Origin: Neoechinorhynchus agilis
Lineage: Eukaryota; Animalia; Acanthocephala
Direction of reading: 5' to 3'
DNA length: 64,000 bases
Assembly: GCA_051530055.1 (NCBI GenBank)
Contig: CM121341.1
Location: forward strand, 10,642,784 to 10,706,783
Below are positions 1-11,973 of the stretch, piece by piece. Both the position numbers and the translations under genes were made by a program. The number at the start of each line of letters is the position of its first letter. Positions within the stretch are counted from its first letter, which is position 1. The notes under the pieces were generated by a model that was given only the letters and a program-made list of their open reading frames with translations, was not told where the DNA came from and searched no databases.

Positions 1-1083
1 GTGGGTTGTTGCCGTTTGACCGTCCTGACCGCTAGAACATCTCTGAACGGAATCGACGGTAGTTTAAACTCCTTCGAGTGTCCGTTGCTCGCATCCAAGA
101 AACCGATCGAAGATCCATGAGAAACAAAAAGACAATACCGACCGCAACAACTCACAGAGTTCGCCCAACCAATGGTCTGAACGCAATGAGTCACTTCAGA
201 TCGCTTAACATTTACGATTCTAGGGTTCGGTGATTTTGTCTACTAGATCGCCCGAGTGCGCAAACTCACCGTCCATAACGAAGCGATCGGAGCATGCACA
301 TGCAATTGTAGATCGGCCGGCCCAATCGATCGAGAGTATAGAGTATGCGAATGAGGAGTCTTCGCGTGAGGATCGATGGACCCGTCTCGCTATCCACAAT
401 TGGTTTATGGAATCGAAATGAGAAACGGCTATCGTGGAGCAAGCGGATCCTACTGCGAATTGTTGACCGTCCAGGGACCATCGAATGCAGTTGGCTGCCC
501 GTGAAACATGGATCATTACCAAATAGGACTCTAGAGATTCTCCGGACCATACAAAAGCGTTTCGATCAGCGCCGCAAGACGCTAAGCCTCGAGGAGAGGA
601 CCAGTCAAGACCTGTGACGCGACCATTGTGTTCTTTGAGGACTTTGATTGGACATTCTGAGGTGCCGTTGTCTTGATTGAATCCACACAAAGGAAATATG
701 TACGAACTTTATGATTCTCAGGACTTTGAAGAATGTGCAATAAAGATAAGAAATTCAATTGGGAATCGAATTCCGAAAATAAGTGAAAAACTCGTAGTTC
801 CATTGCTACAAAACGTTTAAATGTATGAAGAACACCGATTGACTTCCATTTCCTTAAAAAGTTCTAGAATTAACATCCAAAACGTCTCCATGCGTTCTGA
901 GAACCAATGGTTCTAAATATGTTCATTGCCGAACGAAGCAGCCAATCGCGTACAATCTTCACTCAACGAATGACAATAGACCCGACCGGACACCGGAGCT
1001 TCACTTGGGAGATCAAATGAACGATAGAGCTGAACTTGTTCGTGATCCCATTCAAACGCGGCTGCCGTGGCGGCACAGGTCAT
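1..1083 (-). CDS. ARPC1: Arp2/3 complex WD40 subunit (ARPC1-like), 3' end outside window; inferred coding segments 1083-914, 700-276, 220-<1
   Basis: ATG at 1083; CHSLSEDCTRLAASFGNEHI, LKEHNGRVTGLDWS..SCGADRNAFVW, SRAANCIRWS and GWANSVS..FVSHGS match remembered ARPC1 motifs; segments join in frame after removing two TA-bounded inserts. Confidence 0.85.
221..277. other. 55-nt TA-bounded, inverted-repeat insertion in ARPC1
   Basis: TA at 221-222 and 276-277; arms CGGTGAGTTTG / CAAAATCACCG; removal gives SDRFVRIVNVK. A canonical 46-nt GT-AG alternative also exists. Confidence 0.5.
701..915. other. 213-nt TA-bounded, inverted-repeat insertion in ARPC1
   Basis: TA at 701-702 and 914-915; arms GAAC..TGGTTCTCAGAAC / GTCCTGAGAATCA..GTTC; begins with in-frame TAG; removal gives GNEHIYIFPL. 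Confidence 0.75.
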
Positions 1084-1869
1084 TCTCCGTTGCGCAGAGT
1101 TTCAGTGCCTTTTTGTCAAAGGATTAAACCTACTTAAAGAAGGAATTTGACTTTGCGGTTGAGATACGAAACCACTGGCAAAGGCAGAGATCATCGCAAC
1201 ACCATCGTATACTTTGTTGTACTGTCTCGGGTTCCTTAGGTGCTTAAAAATTGTGTCAAGTTTAATCAATTATGGTCAATTCTGGAGATTTTAAAGGTTT
1301 TCGTGATCATTCATAATAATTGGTGTTTTTGAAGTTATGAATAATTTGATATCCTCTGATAGAATTCGATTGTTAATTATAAACAGACGATGAAGAACAA
1401 ATAAGATAGTAGCTTTTGTTCAATTGACGAATTCGATGGTATCGATTTTTCAACCATTAAATTAGAGTGGAACGCCGATTATCCGACAATATTGTCCTAA
1501 TAAAGTTCTGTTTCTAGAAGAGAATTAGAGACCTTGCTGCGAAAAATGAAGATGTGCAATCGGGTACAGAAATCAAATAAGTGATTATTTTTATTATGTA
1601 ATTCTCCCCCGGTTTTGCTGTTTCAAATCACTTCTCCCCAGCATGTTAAGAACTTTGATATGTGTAGCTTAGCTTGAAAAACTGGATAAATCACGTTGGG
1701 TTTTCGGTTACCTGAACAAAATCTCATACCGAATGGTGCCCGGTCCGAATTAATTCGCGGATAAGCGACGTTCTATTGTATATCCTTTTTAATGATGAAA
1801 AAATCCGTTTAAAATTTAATAACGTAATTACCGATTTATTACCCTCGACTTTAAGGGTAATGTAACCCC

Positions 1870-3990
1870 TTTTTTAAATAACTTTTTTTTTAAATTTCGA
1901 TTTTATTATGACTAGCAAATATACGTACAATATGGGATCTATTTGGTTACTTTTCTTTACATTCACCACCTCCCACCAAATTCCAGCTTTTGTCCTTCCT
2001 CGACCGTCGCCATCACGCTGGCAGCATTGCCCCGTTGTACTGCCAGCGAGATATTTTGTCGAAGAAATAAGCCTGCTCTTGAGTCTCCGGTTGCCTCTCT
2101 CAATTTCTTCGAGAGATCCTTGAGCAGAGAGAGTGCCGAGCTGCCGAGCGCTCCATACGTCTCTACCCCAAAGGGGACAAAATAGTGAGCCCTCGATAGC
2201 TGCATATATTTTCGTACCTTCCTCCCTTCCGCTGCACTGGCGGCACCACCGGCGATTTCGAGGGAGTAGGGGATGTTGCTGGCTGCGAGGGTGTCCACAC
2301 ACGTGGCGTCCCAGAGAAGGCATTTGCCCTCCCGCCACGGGAAGACCGAAATTCCATCGGGCCTACGGCCGTCTAGTCTGCAGAGGTGGGCGGGTTCCAG
2401 GATGTTCGGGAAGTTCGCCGTTCTCAACGCCCGAGAAATTACGTTATTGATTTCAGAATGGCGTGAAAACCTTCCTGCTGACCTTCTGCAGACGAGACCG
2501 TGTCGCCCGAAAGCATCAACCAAAGACCCACATCGACAGCGATGGGGCGTGCATATCGGGAGACCGAGTCTTAAGGATACTGCGATCCTCGTCACCTCGT
2601 CAGTAAGAAGAGTTCCCACAGATGCCAGAGGAACAGCCTCCAACCACGCCCCAGATTCTCGTGTTGAAACTGCCAACAGTCTAGCTCGGACGACCCCATC
2701 GCGAGAACCTGAAAGAAGAGAGCTGTGAGCTCTCGCGACAAGAGGTCCGTCCCAGATCGACTGTCTGAGGCCATTCACGGGAACTTGGTTAGCGCCTGTC
2801 TGCTGGCACCATTCCTCAACCGCCACCACGAAATCCCGGTCAAGACAAAACTTTTCTTTCAAAATGTTCTTCGAGACTGGTAGGCTCCCCTCAAACGATC
2901 CAAGAAAGGCCGGCAAAGCAAGGTCGACTAGTGCCCGAATTCCCAATCCCCCAGATGACACAGGCAAAGAAGCTTGTCGCCACGCCTCATCTGAGAGCTG
3001 GACATTTAAAATACGCTCGAGGCAAGCCCTCACCTTATTGTCCAGCTTTGCCAATCCTTCTTTGTGTTTGAAAAATGTTGCTGTGCGAACCTTGTACAAT
3101 AATTTGGGGATGAAGAGCGCGTTCTTTATGAGAAACAAGGCTTCATGAGCCGAGAGAGCGCACACCCTATCGCACAGCAACGAAAGTTTCGGTATGATAT
3201 GGCCGATCTCATCTTCCACATTTGAATCGAAGACACAACTGCCCAAGAGGCTGAGTTGTTCCCGAGTCACGAGTTTCAGACCTGGAGCTACGGCCTCGAA
3301 CCCAGCCATTAGTTCTTTGACTTTAGCGGCGTCTCCAATATTCAGTACAAGGAGCTCACATTTTCCAGCATTAAGCTCAATGCCCATCTTCGAGGTCTCC
3401 CTAATCAGCGTCTCCAAATCGCGCAGTACAACGGAGGGATCACCTCCGAGCGTAGCGTCATCCAAGTACCAAGCGTTGAAGCTGGAATGGAGAGAATGCG
3501 CTATTGGGTTTACTGTTAGGGAGAATCCGATTGGACCGAGGGGATCTCCTTGCTGCACTCCTCTTTCGGACCAAATGAGGTGGTCTTCGAAAAGCAAAGG
3601 AATCGCCGTCCCGTAGGCATTGAAAAAATACTGGAAGGCTTCTGGTGCGTGATCCCGAATTGCGCGGAACATGCTTTCTCTATTAAGAGAGTTAAAGGCG
3701 TTCCGAAAATCGCACTTAAGAATCACGCACGGCGCTGAGCTACTCGTAGCAAAGTTTCGGAGCGAGTGGACTATAGCTTCCGCCCCGCAGGATGTGCAGC
3801 AGCCCAGTTGGACTGGACGAAGTTGCTGCCCGGTTTTCTCTGTAATACGTTTGCAGAGAATTTTTCCTGCAAGTCGGCGTATCGTCGAAGATACGGCGAT
3901 GGGACGAATCCCACCGCGGCGAAATTAAAATGCTTCTTGTATTACGCAAACTCGACAATAATCCCTCTCATGTCAACCGTCTAATTCAAC
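1870..3990 (-). mobile_element. CRE-like non-LTR retrotransposon (RT + zinc finger + restriction-like endonuclease), 5'-truncated
   Basis: 587-aa ORF 1963-3726 with DFRNAFNS, QQGDPLGP, YLDD, C-terminal CRCG..HGLVC and RPDG..WDAT; RT N-terminus continues with stops to ~3990. Confidence 0.85.
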
Positions 3991-4960
3991 TGGACCTATC
4001 GAAAGCATTTGACTCCGTAGACCACTCACTACTCCTCCAGGCCTGTTACACCTTCGGTCCAAATGGGCGGCAGATCCACTTGTTAACTTCTTATCTTCAC
4101 AATCGCCAACAATCGATTAACTGCCAGGTTAATGCCTCGATCAACCTATCCCTCACCAATGGTGTACCTCAAGGTGCCGTCTTGTCACCTCTTCTTTTGA
4201 ATATTTTCCTAAACGAACTTAAACCTCTCTCGTCTCACTCTAAGCTTTTCTTTTATGCTTACAATCTCACCCTCATCAATCAGTCACTATCCCACCTCTT
4301 CCTCTCCTTAATCTCTAACGAAATAATCAACATCGAAGATTTCGGCACAAATGACAAACGCTATCTGAACTTCTCTAAATTCTTCGAGTTGATCCCCTCA
4401 CTCTCCTGCAAACCAATTTTCGTACTCTGATCTTGCAAATGACTTCCGACGAATCACCTTACTCCGAATACGGGGTCTCCAATTTCAATCAAATCTGAAA
4501 TGGCACTCGCACATTACACTTTCCCTCCTCGTCTTTTGCAACATTTCCAAATAGCTTATCCGCCGTTTGAAATCCTTCATAAAAGAGCATCTAAAATTTG
4601 CACAGCTGACATCCCCCTCTCACCGAATGCCTTGATACTATTTTCTTAAAACAATCAAAACGCCTATCAACCCCTCCGCCACAATTTCTTCCACATATCG
4701 CTCCCTTTTCACAAAAGCACAATACTCGTAATCTTAATTCGTTTCATCCTCCCTCGACATTGCACCTCTATATATCTACGCTCCTTTTTCCATGCTGCCC
4801 AATCTTCTCAGATATCAGAACTTGAAATGAACCAGAGGAAAGACCAACCTTACAAGCGCTCCTGCAAAAAAGAACCAGCAACATTCCTACACGGCCGGAC
4901 TCATGCTCCACTCCAAAATAAACAACATTCATTTAACATTTCATTTGGTTCGAGTGTTCA
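3985..4960 (+). mobile_element. Decayed CR1/L2-like LINE RT and 3' end
   Basis: DLSKAFDSVDH, GVPQGAVLSPLL; YADD decayed; frameshifts downstream. Confidence 0.75.
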
Positions 4961-5076
4961 CGGGGACTCACAAGCACAGGGTTTCTCTACTTCGAACAAT
5001 TAAAAGTGTTGTTATTATTATCATCCCTAAAAACATAACACATATGCAGCTTGAGTTTTTAGAGAGTTTTTTCATT

Positions 5077-5285
5077 AATTGTGGTGATAATAATCTCGGA
5101 TAAAAGCTATTTTATGGATATGAAATATTTCGCAAGGATGTCTCGCCTCGTCAGTAATTGCCTGTAAGTTTTCCTGCCAACACTCGAGAAAAACTTACAA
5201 GCAAGTATTGATGAGGCGAGACTTCCTCGTGAAATATTTCGTATTGATAAAATCTTTTGCCCTGGATTATCTTCACCACAATTCA
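5077..5285. repeat. ~205-bp palindrome of two head-to-head PLE-type hammerhead termini (family B)
   Basis: AATTGTGGTGA..TCACCACAATT ends; minus core CTGACGA-G-GCGAG..CTTGC-GAAATATT at 5154-5124; plus copy TTGATGA-G..GAAATATT at 5208-5238. Confidence 0.75.
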
Positions 5286-5948
5286 AACTTTATCATCCCG
5301 AAGGATTTTCTCTTTGTGATTTTTTGTATTGTTCAATTTTTTTTATTTTTAGGCACATCCAGATAGTAGGATTCGAATAGCCCGCAATTTTACTTGTAAA
5401 GCTAAACAAAGAATTACGTTGATCCGCCTACCTAATCTTTTGATTCAATCCTCGAAAATTTTGTCCGTCTTTTAAAATAGCATTATGATTTACGTTTTAT
5501 TGGAATTAGTAGGAATTTTGGTTTCTAAAGATATCTGAGAAATTCATTAATGAGATAATAAGCTTTATTATTTTACTTTGGTTACGTTGATAAATTTACC
5601 CTGTTTTAATGTGATCACTAGATGTACAAGATCTTTTTAGTTTAAAAATCATCTTCGCGCTGTTCGACTTCATGATTCCACTCAGTTCAACTTTAATTCG
5701 CACTTTAAAACTATGATCATTCACCTCGTAAAATCGACATTGAGGATAGTTTATCCATTAGTTTGCGAGTGCCAGCCATCATAATATCCCGAGATTACAA
5801 TTCATTTTATACTTAAAATTCTATCTTCCGTCTGAAATCGGACTTTACAAATATATTTTTGCGGATTTAAATTTTCGTTTCATTCAAAAAGATAAACATT
5901 TAGTGTTCGGTCCATAAAACAATGTATACACCAAGTTGTCTTTAAAAA

Positions 5949-8900
5949 TCACTTATTCTTCCCTAATGTCCTTTGTTTCTCTGCAAACTTGATACTTACT
6001 TCTCGGATCTTTAAACCTTTCCTTGCTCGTATCGATTTCACATATTCATGCGCTCGTGCATCGTCTTCATTTCCCACATTACTTTCGTTTTCTTGTTCAT
6101 TCAGTCCGTCTTCATCTCCAGCGAGAGGGTCACCATCAAGAAGCTCCCAATGTGAGAACAACAATTGTGGCATTGCCGCACCGCTGGTCCTTTTCCAGGC
6201 GTCCACTACAAAGCCAAAACTCTCTACCACAGGCATGGTAATACTGATCAAGAACGTATGCGAGCTGATGAGATCTTCTTGGACCACTCGGCCATGGCGT
6301 TGTCGAATCACTGTGTTAAGACGCCCAAGATTTTCAGTATCACAACGAATATCACATCGATACATAGCCATCATTAAACGCTTTTGAGGCCATTCTAGTG
6401 TAGCATTTGAACACGCGTTCTTGACCATCATCAAATAATGGCCACTTGTTACCATACTTTCTGTTATTGATTCAACTACACTCGTCGCAACATCGCTAAC
6501 TACATCCTCGGCGTTTTCTTGATCATTGCCGTCAGTGATTTCGGCTCGAAAATCCATTTTTTCAATAAAAATACAACAACCGTACATCTCTTCTTCACAT
6601 AAGGGGCCGTGAATCATTGCTAATTGAAACCCATTGACAACTGTGTCGATTGTGGTCCTTATTTCATCTGACATGAGTGATTTGTTGTCGCTTCTCCATA
6701 TCGACGGAACAAATCCTTGTGAATCAAAATAGACAGGATCACGAGGTCCATTGTAGACTAACATGTTCATTTTGCCTAAATGCTCAGCTCCGAAGGATAT
6801 TAAACGATCAGTCAGCAATCCGACTTGTCGAACTAAACCCATTGATGTCCGGAAATCAGTAAAGTCGTTGAACACTAATTGGAGATTGCTCTTTAGTTCA
6901 TTAACATCTCGCTTCATTAAGTCAACTTGAATTTCTTTACTACATAGTTTGGAAATCAGACTGGTGTAGCGCTCCATGACCTCGAGGGCAGGTATTATGC
7001 GCTGATTCTTGGAGTTACAAGGTCCCTGGATGCTTAAAGTTCTGATTTTATTAAAATAAGATTAGTATCATGTCTCCGTGTGGCCCAAATTCACTAATAG
7101 AAACCTAATTTGAGTGAATATAAGAATATTTTTTCATGTCGATAAGATGAACGTTCATTGACTATTTAAAATTCGCAAACGAAATTACCGAGAATCAACG
7201 CATCTTTAAGGGAACAGGAGCTGCTCTTACAACGAACATTCGTCCTTTTTCTATGTCACAATTTACTCTTTTTCTTATATTGGTAAGTTGTGAGCGATCA
7301 GTCACATTTACAAGTGTTTCTTTGAACGCAACTAATGGTTGTGACACATTAAACTCAACATTGGCGAAAATATCCTGGAGGTCTTTTACACAGCGTTGTA
7401 AATGAACTTCTCCCCAAGTACACAAAATGATTTCACCCGAAGATTTGAGTTTGATTTCGACGCCCGGATCAGATTGGTTTAAAAGCTGTACTCCTCGTCT
7501 TAGCTTTGCAAAATCTCGAGGATTTATTGGTTCGAGAGCAACTTGCATTAACGGGGCGAAAGCAGTATCATCTGAGTGAGCAAGTGGAGCGGTCTTTACA
7601 CAAAACGGTGGACAGTTGAGATTAGTTGATAGAACACCTGATTTGGCTTTTATGACGTCTCCATCTATTGTGAATGCAAACACATTTCCACATAAAGCTT
7701 GTTTAATTGGAACGTAATCTCGACCCATCATGAGATATAAGTTGTCTATTTTGATTATTGAATATGATTGGTTTGATGGAGGATTATGTCGTGGCCATAT
7801 TAGATTTACCGTATCTCCACTATCAAGTTTTCCACTATAAAGTCTGGCGAATCCCATAAAGACTACTTTTGACTCTCGGTGTTCGATTAAATCTGCATCT
7901 GAATAAGTGCTTATAATTGGATGTTCTCTGAGTTTTGAAATATACTCTTGTCTTGATTGAGCCGAGCTGACAAATGAGGCTTCCATGCGCTCAAACTGAC
8001 TTTCATCAACAGTGACGAATTTACTGACAAAGGCAATAGTTTCCGACGAATTGGAATCACATTTCTCGAAGCACTCGGACAACTGTTGACTTGACTGACT
8101 GAGACTATCAAACGAACGAACTGAACTCATCAGTGATTGCTTAATTTTATCCAAAGAAAGCTCAAGAGGACTTGGGAGATGAGTCACGATGGCATCAAGG
8201 ACAAATCGATCGATCGGAAGCCATTGGTGCATTATGTGCCTAGTTGACATATGAATATCTTTAGATTGAAGAAGTCTCTCATCGAATCTTAACCCCTGCT
8301 GGTTACAAATCTTCACAATTAAGGCCACATTTTTCTCTAAAATGGCATTAAGCACTATCCATATTGTTGAGAATATCATTGAACAACTAAGAGGCACTTT
8401 AGATTTCTCCTTTGCTTTCGGTTTAATTGTTTTTGTTTTTTGATCAAGGTAATAATTTCCCCATATTGTTTTATATAAAACGTCTCTACTCCATCCCATC
8501 TTCTTGCTCCACAACTGAATAAAATGTTCAATCGTAAATCCCCAACCACCGAGCGCACTTGCAAAAATCACATTCGTTTCCACTGCATTAAAATATTCCA
8601 CATCTTCGTCCTCTACATCAGTGAACCCTTTATTGCTCATTTGAGCGACCAACGAGTTTATACTTTCAATGAGTCGGTTCAAGTGATCGAAAGCCTGTTC
8701 AGGTGACATTTTCAATTGAGTTAAAAGTCGATCCAACTTATTCAGAACAAGAATAAGTTTTAACTTTTCTTGTGATGCTTGACGAACCACTGCCACGGTC
8801 TGAGCACAAATACCTTCCACAACATCGACAACCAGGATAGCTCCATCGCATATTCTAACGGCTGTAGAGACTTCACTGGAGAAATCGACGTGTCCAGGCG

Positions 8901-9174
8901 AATCTACTAGATTTATCATGAAATGCTTATCTTGATGGTGGTGAATCAAAGAAACCGCGCTCGATTTCATTGTTATCCCACGGATCTGTTCGTCTTCACG
9001 AGTATCCATGTATTTGAGGCGACCTGCCATTGAGTCGGATACTATTCCGTTATTCGCAAGAAGTGAATCTGCCAAAGTAGTTTTGCCGTGGTCCACATGA
9101 GCAAGAATACACACGTTTCGAATAGCAGAAGGATCCCCTCTCAAAGAAAAGAGTTGTTCGCGATTTTGGCTCAT
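5949..9174 (-). CDS. EFL1: Elongation factor-like GTPase 1 (EFL1/Ria1), ~1003 aa; segments 9174-7207 and 6992-5949
   Basis: AHVDHGKTT, RGITMKSSA, DSPGHVDF, NKLD, GEVHLQRC, GPLCEEEMYG, EP-equivalent C-terminus SGAAMPQLLFSHW; the two ORFs join in frame after removing a 214-nt insert. Confidence 0.95.
6993..7208. other. 214-nt TA-bounded, inverted-repeat insertion in EFL1
   Basis: TA at 6993-6994 and 7207-7208; arms ATGCGTTGATTCTCGG / CCAAGAATCAGCGCAT; removal gives VRAAPVPLPALEVMERY. Confidence 0.75.
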
Positions 9175-9504
9175 TGTTTTACGGTTTAAAATCTAAAAAA
9201 CACGAAGAAGCGTTAATAGAAGTCTTGTACACACAAAATGTCATTTTTACTTTCCATGAACACCCCGACCGGATGTTCCCGCCCGAACGGACATCCCACC
9301 CAACCGAACCCGTAATCCACTCAGAAATCAATCGTGTGTTTATGATGTCCCAAAGGTACATGGGTCTATTTTCTTGAGTAACAAATAAAAGTGTTATAAT
9401 TATAAATCTCTAATTTGTGTCTTAGTTCAAAGGGTTTTCCAGAAAATATAATAAAATCTCAGCTGTTGATAATAATCACCTGCCGATTATTGATAAACTA
9501 TCGC

Positions 9505-9600
9505 GCATAGGGAGGAAACTCACTTATGAGTCCCGCTTCCGTGGAAGGTATCTGAGAATCGGTGTACAAACTCATTACGACGTATTGTTCATTAAGTGAT
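9505..9600 (+). mobile_element. Partial copy of hammerhead SINE (family A)
   Basis: GGAGGAAACTCACTTATGAGTCCCG..GGTATCTGAGAATC..GTACAAACTC. Confidence 0.7.
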
Positions 9601-10162
9601 TTTGTGCGCTTCCCTGAACCAGATCGGTGGGCTGTGTACCAAAGGAAAATTATCAGCCGGGAAAAAGGCCTCATATTGATACTTAATAAAAAAGTTACCG
9701 GCTGGCCAGACTTCAAAAACTATTCTTCACAAAAATAATTGTCAAAAATCTTATGAATTATCGATAAAACAACATGACTCTAAAAAATGAACCCATCTGG
9801 GATTTATTTAGCGTGTGCGTGGCACTGCCGGTTACATTTTCGGTATAAATTAAATTATTCATACACGGCTGAATTTGGGTACACAGCTCACCGAGGAGGG
9901 ATGTGTACAATGGGCGCTCAGGAAATCGCGTTACGAAAAAAGACGATATAAATCATCTTATATGCTGCGAAGTTCATGGAACGACATCTATAAATTCGGA
10001 GGTGACAAATCGCCACCAGTTGAGCAGAAAGGCAAAGTTAAGTCGCGAATAATCAAGACTGGAGATGTAGTGATCATAATCCTCTCCCTTTGCTCGGATT
10101 ATCAAGCGTTGTTTCCTCGTAAAATCTCAAGTCAATAAACAAAATTAGCTCACTCAAGACAA

Positions 10163-10375
10163 GTAGTTGTGTCTAAATGGTCCAGTGGACTAGAACCTTC
10201 TGATTCCCTGTTCCAGGGTCAAAATGTATCAAAATAACCCATTGCGATGACTCATAACCAAAGGAGACGAAATACCTCGTTGAAGGGGAGAGGAAAGTCA
10301 CTGATGAGTCCCCGGAGGAATGTGTATAAACTCACAACCGCGTATGGTTCAGCAGGGTATTTAGCGCAGACCAGA
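10163..10375 (+). mobile_element. tRNA-Ser-derived hammerhead SINE (family A), internally deleted
   Basis: Starts GTAGTTGTGTC..TGGACTAGAA (resembles tRNA-Ser(AGA)); GACGAAATACCTC and CACTGATGAGTCCC present, third strand missing. Confidence 0.7.
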
Positions 10376-10552
10376 GCTTCCCTGACAAAAAATTCGATGG
10401 GCTGTTTGCCCAAATCAGGCGGCCAAAGTGCATTTGAGCGTAACCTCAAATATACAGTGATTTTTTCTATTTTTAAAATAAGGAGTTTGAAGCGCATAAA
10501 ATCAATTAATATCCTGATCCAAACGCGGTTATGGGTATTGCACATCTCGGTT

Positions 10553-10790
10553 GGGATTCTCAGATACCTCCCGAGGAGGCGGGACTTATCAATGAGTTTC
10601 CTCTTTCCTTCAACGAAGTATTTCGTCCCCTTTTGTTAGGTGTGATAGGCGGAGGGACGAAATACCTCGCTGAAGGAAAGAGGAAACTCACTGATAAGTC
10701 CCGCCTCCTCTGGTGGTTTCCGATGATCCGGACCGGGATGAGTACAAACTCACAACCGCGTATGATTCAGCAGGGTCTTCCCTGACCAAA
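10553..10790. repeat. Two family-A hammerhead segments in inverted orientation (minus 10553-10630, plus 10652-10790)
   Basis: Direct reverse-complement match around a ~20-nt spacer; cores mutated (TTGATAA, CTGATAA). Confidence 0.75.
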
Positions 10791-10982
10791 ATCAGAGGAT
10801 TATGAGCCCACATTCAGCTCTTTATGTATACATTCATTTACACTGATTATGGATTTAAATCTAAGGACCAATTTCTTTCAATCGGATCCATATCGACGGA
10901 ACACGTGACATCACATGATCACGAAGTGCATAATCGTCACATTCGCATTTATTCTATTAAATTGTTCCTTCAAGTGGTTTTG

Positions 10983-11210
10983 TATTCTCAATGGCGAATT
11001 GTTACACACTCGAGCTTTATTGAACTCTTCATTGCGAATTTTCAAGGCCTCAGCCTCCTTCTCAAGCATTGCTTCTAAGTTTTTTTCAACTCATTTACAG
11101 TTAAAAAAACTTGCAAACAATGCTTAAGAAGGAGGCTGAGGCCTTGAAGATTCGCAATGAACATTTCAATATTAAAACTCGATTGTGTAACAATTCGCCA
11201 TTGAATATTC
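10983..11210. repeat. ~220-bp near-perfect foldback bounded by a TATTC direct repeat
   Basis: Arms 10988-11085 and 11102-11204 are reverse complements; TATTC at 10983-10987 and 11206-11210. Confidence 0.85.
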
Positions 11211-11264
11211 GCATTTATCTTAAAAATTATGATGTCCTTAAAACTCTTATCGCAATAAACGGAA

Positions 11265-11451
11265 GAATATCATAGCTGTTTTTATATGGCGGAAAATTAA
11301 AGAGTTTATTGATTCCGATATTTCGAAGGCACGATCTTAACAAACAATGCTGATAAACGATGAAACAGTATTGTGCCGAAATATCGGTCCCATTTTAATT
11401 TTCCGCCATATAAAAGCATGAATAGTTCAATCTTCAAAGAATATCATAGCT
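11265..11451. mobile_element. Short palindromic interspersed element with 13-bp flanking direct repeat
   Basis: TTTTATATGGCGGAAAATTAAA..TTTAATTTTCCGCCATATAAAA, tail AGTTCAATCTTCAAA; GAATATCATAGCT on both sides; homologue at 51805. Confidence 0.75.
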
Positions 11452-11619
11452 CATGACACTAGCATTAAAAAAAGTTGAACTGTTTGTTAACATGAGAAGT
11501 AGCATTGCTGCTTAATTGCGCAACTTATTTTTAAATGTCATATATCATTGTCCTCGGGGTGAATTTGATTGTGCGTTGGCGAATCCTGTCCCCGGTGTTT
11601 TCGTTACTCATTTATTTTA

Positions 11620-11668
11620 GAAATATTTCGCAAGGTTTTCCTTGCCTCTTCAGTCTATCTAAAATAGA
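11620..11668 (-). ncRNA. Family-B minimal hammerhead motif
   Basis: CTGAAGA-G-GCAAGG-AAAA-CCTTGC-GAAATATT. Confidence 0.65.
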
Positions 11669-11973
11669 GGACATAGACAGCATGCACAGCCGGTTACGTT
11701 TGGATGTAGCTCAGATCCGCGGGTTTGCTAATACCCGAAATATGGGGAGTTCCATCCGCACACACCTCTTGCGGTTTGTTGCCGACTAATTTGCCCGTCA
11801 TGCTACGCAACTTTGGTAGCACCAGCGTGTGGTTTGATTTTTTGCCTTCCATCGTCCGAGTGCCTCAAGAATCAGTCTTCTTCTAAGATCCGGTTCGCTG
11901 GTCAGGAATGCCGCCTTTTCAAAATCCAGTTGCTGTCTTATGAGTTTATGGGGAGAATTGATAGAAGATACAG

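Noticed and set aside
2133-3928. Numerous plus-strand ORFs over the CRE elements (also 49907-50598)
   Set aside because: Antisense shadows of GC-richer RT coding sequence
5076-5292. TA dinucleotides 215 nt apart around the hammerhead palindrome
   Set aside because: TA is common in this AT-rich DNA and the right TA is offset from the arm; no independent test such as frame restoration
9875-10138. 87-aa basic ORF, superficially homeodomain-like
   Set aside because: No WFxNRR motif and no supporting exon structure
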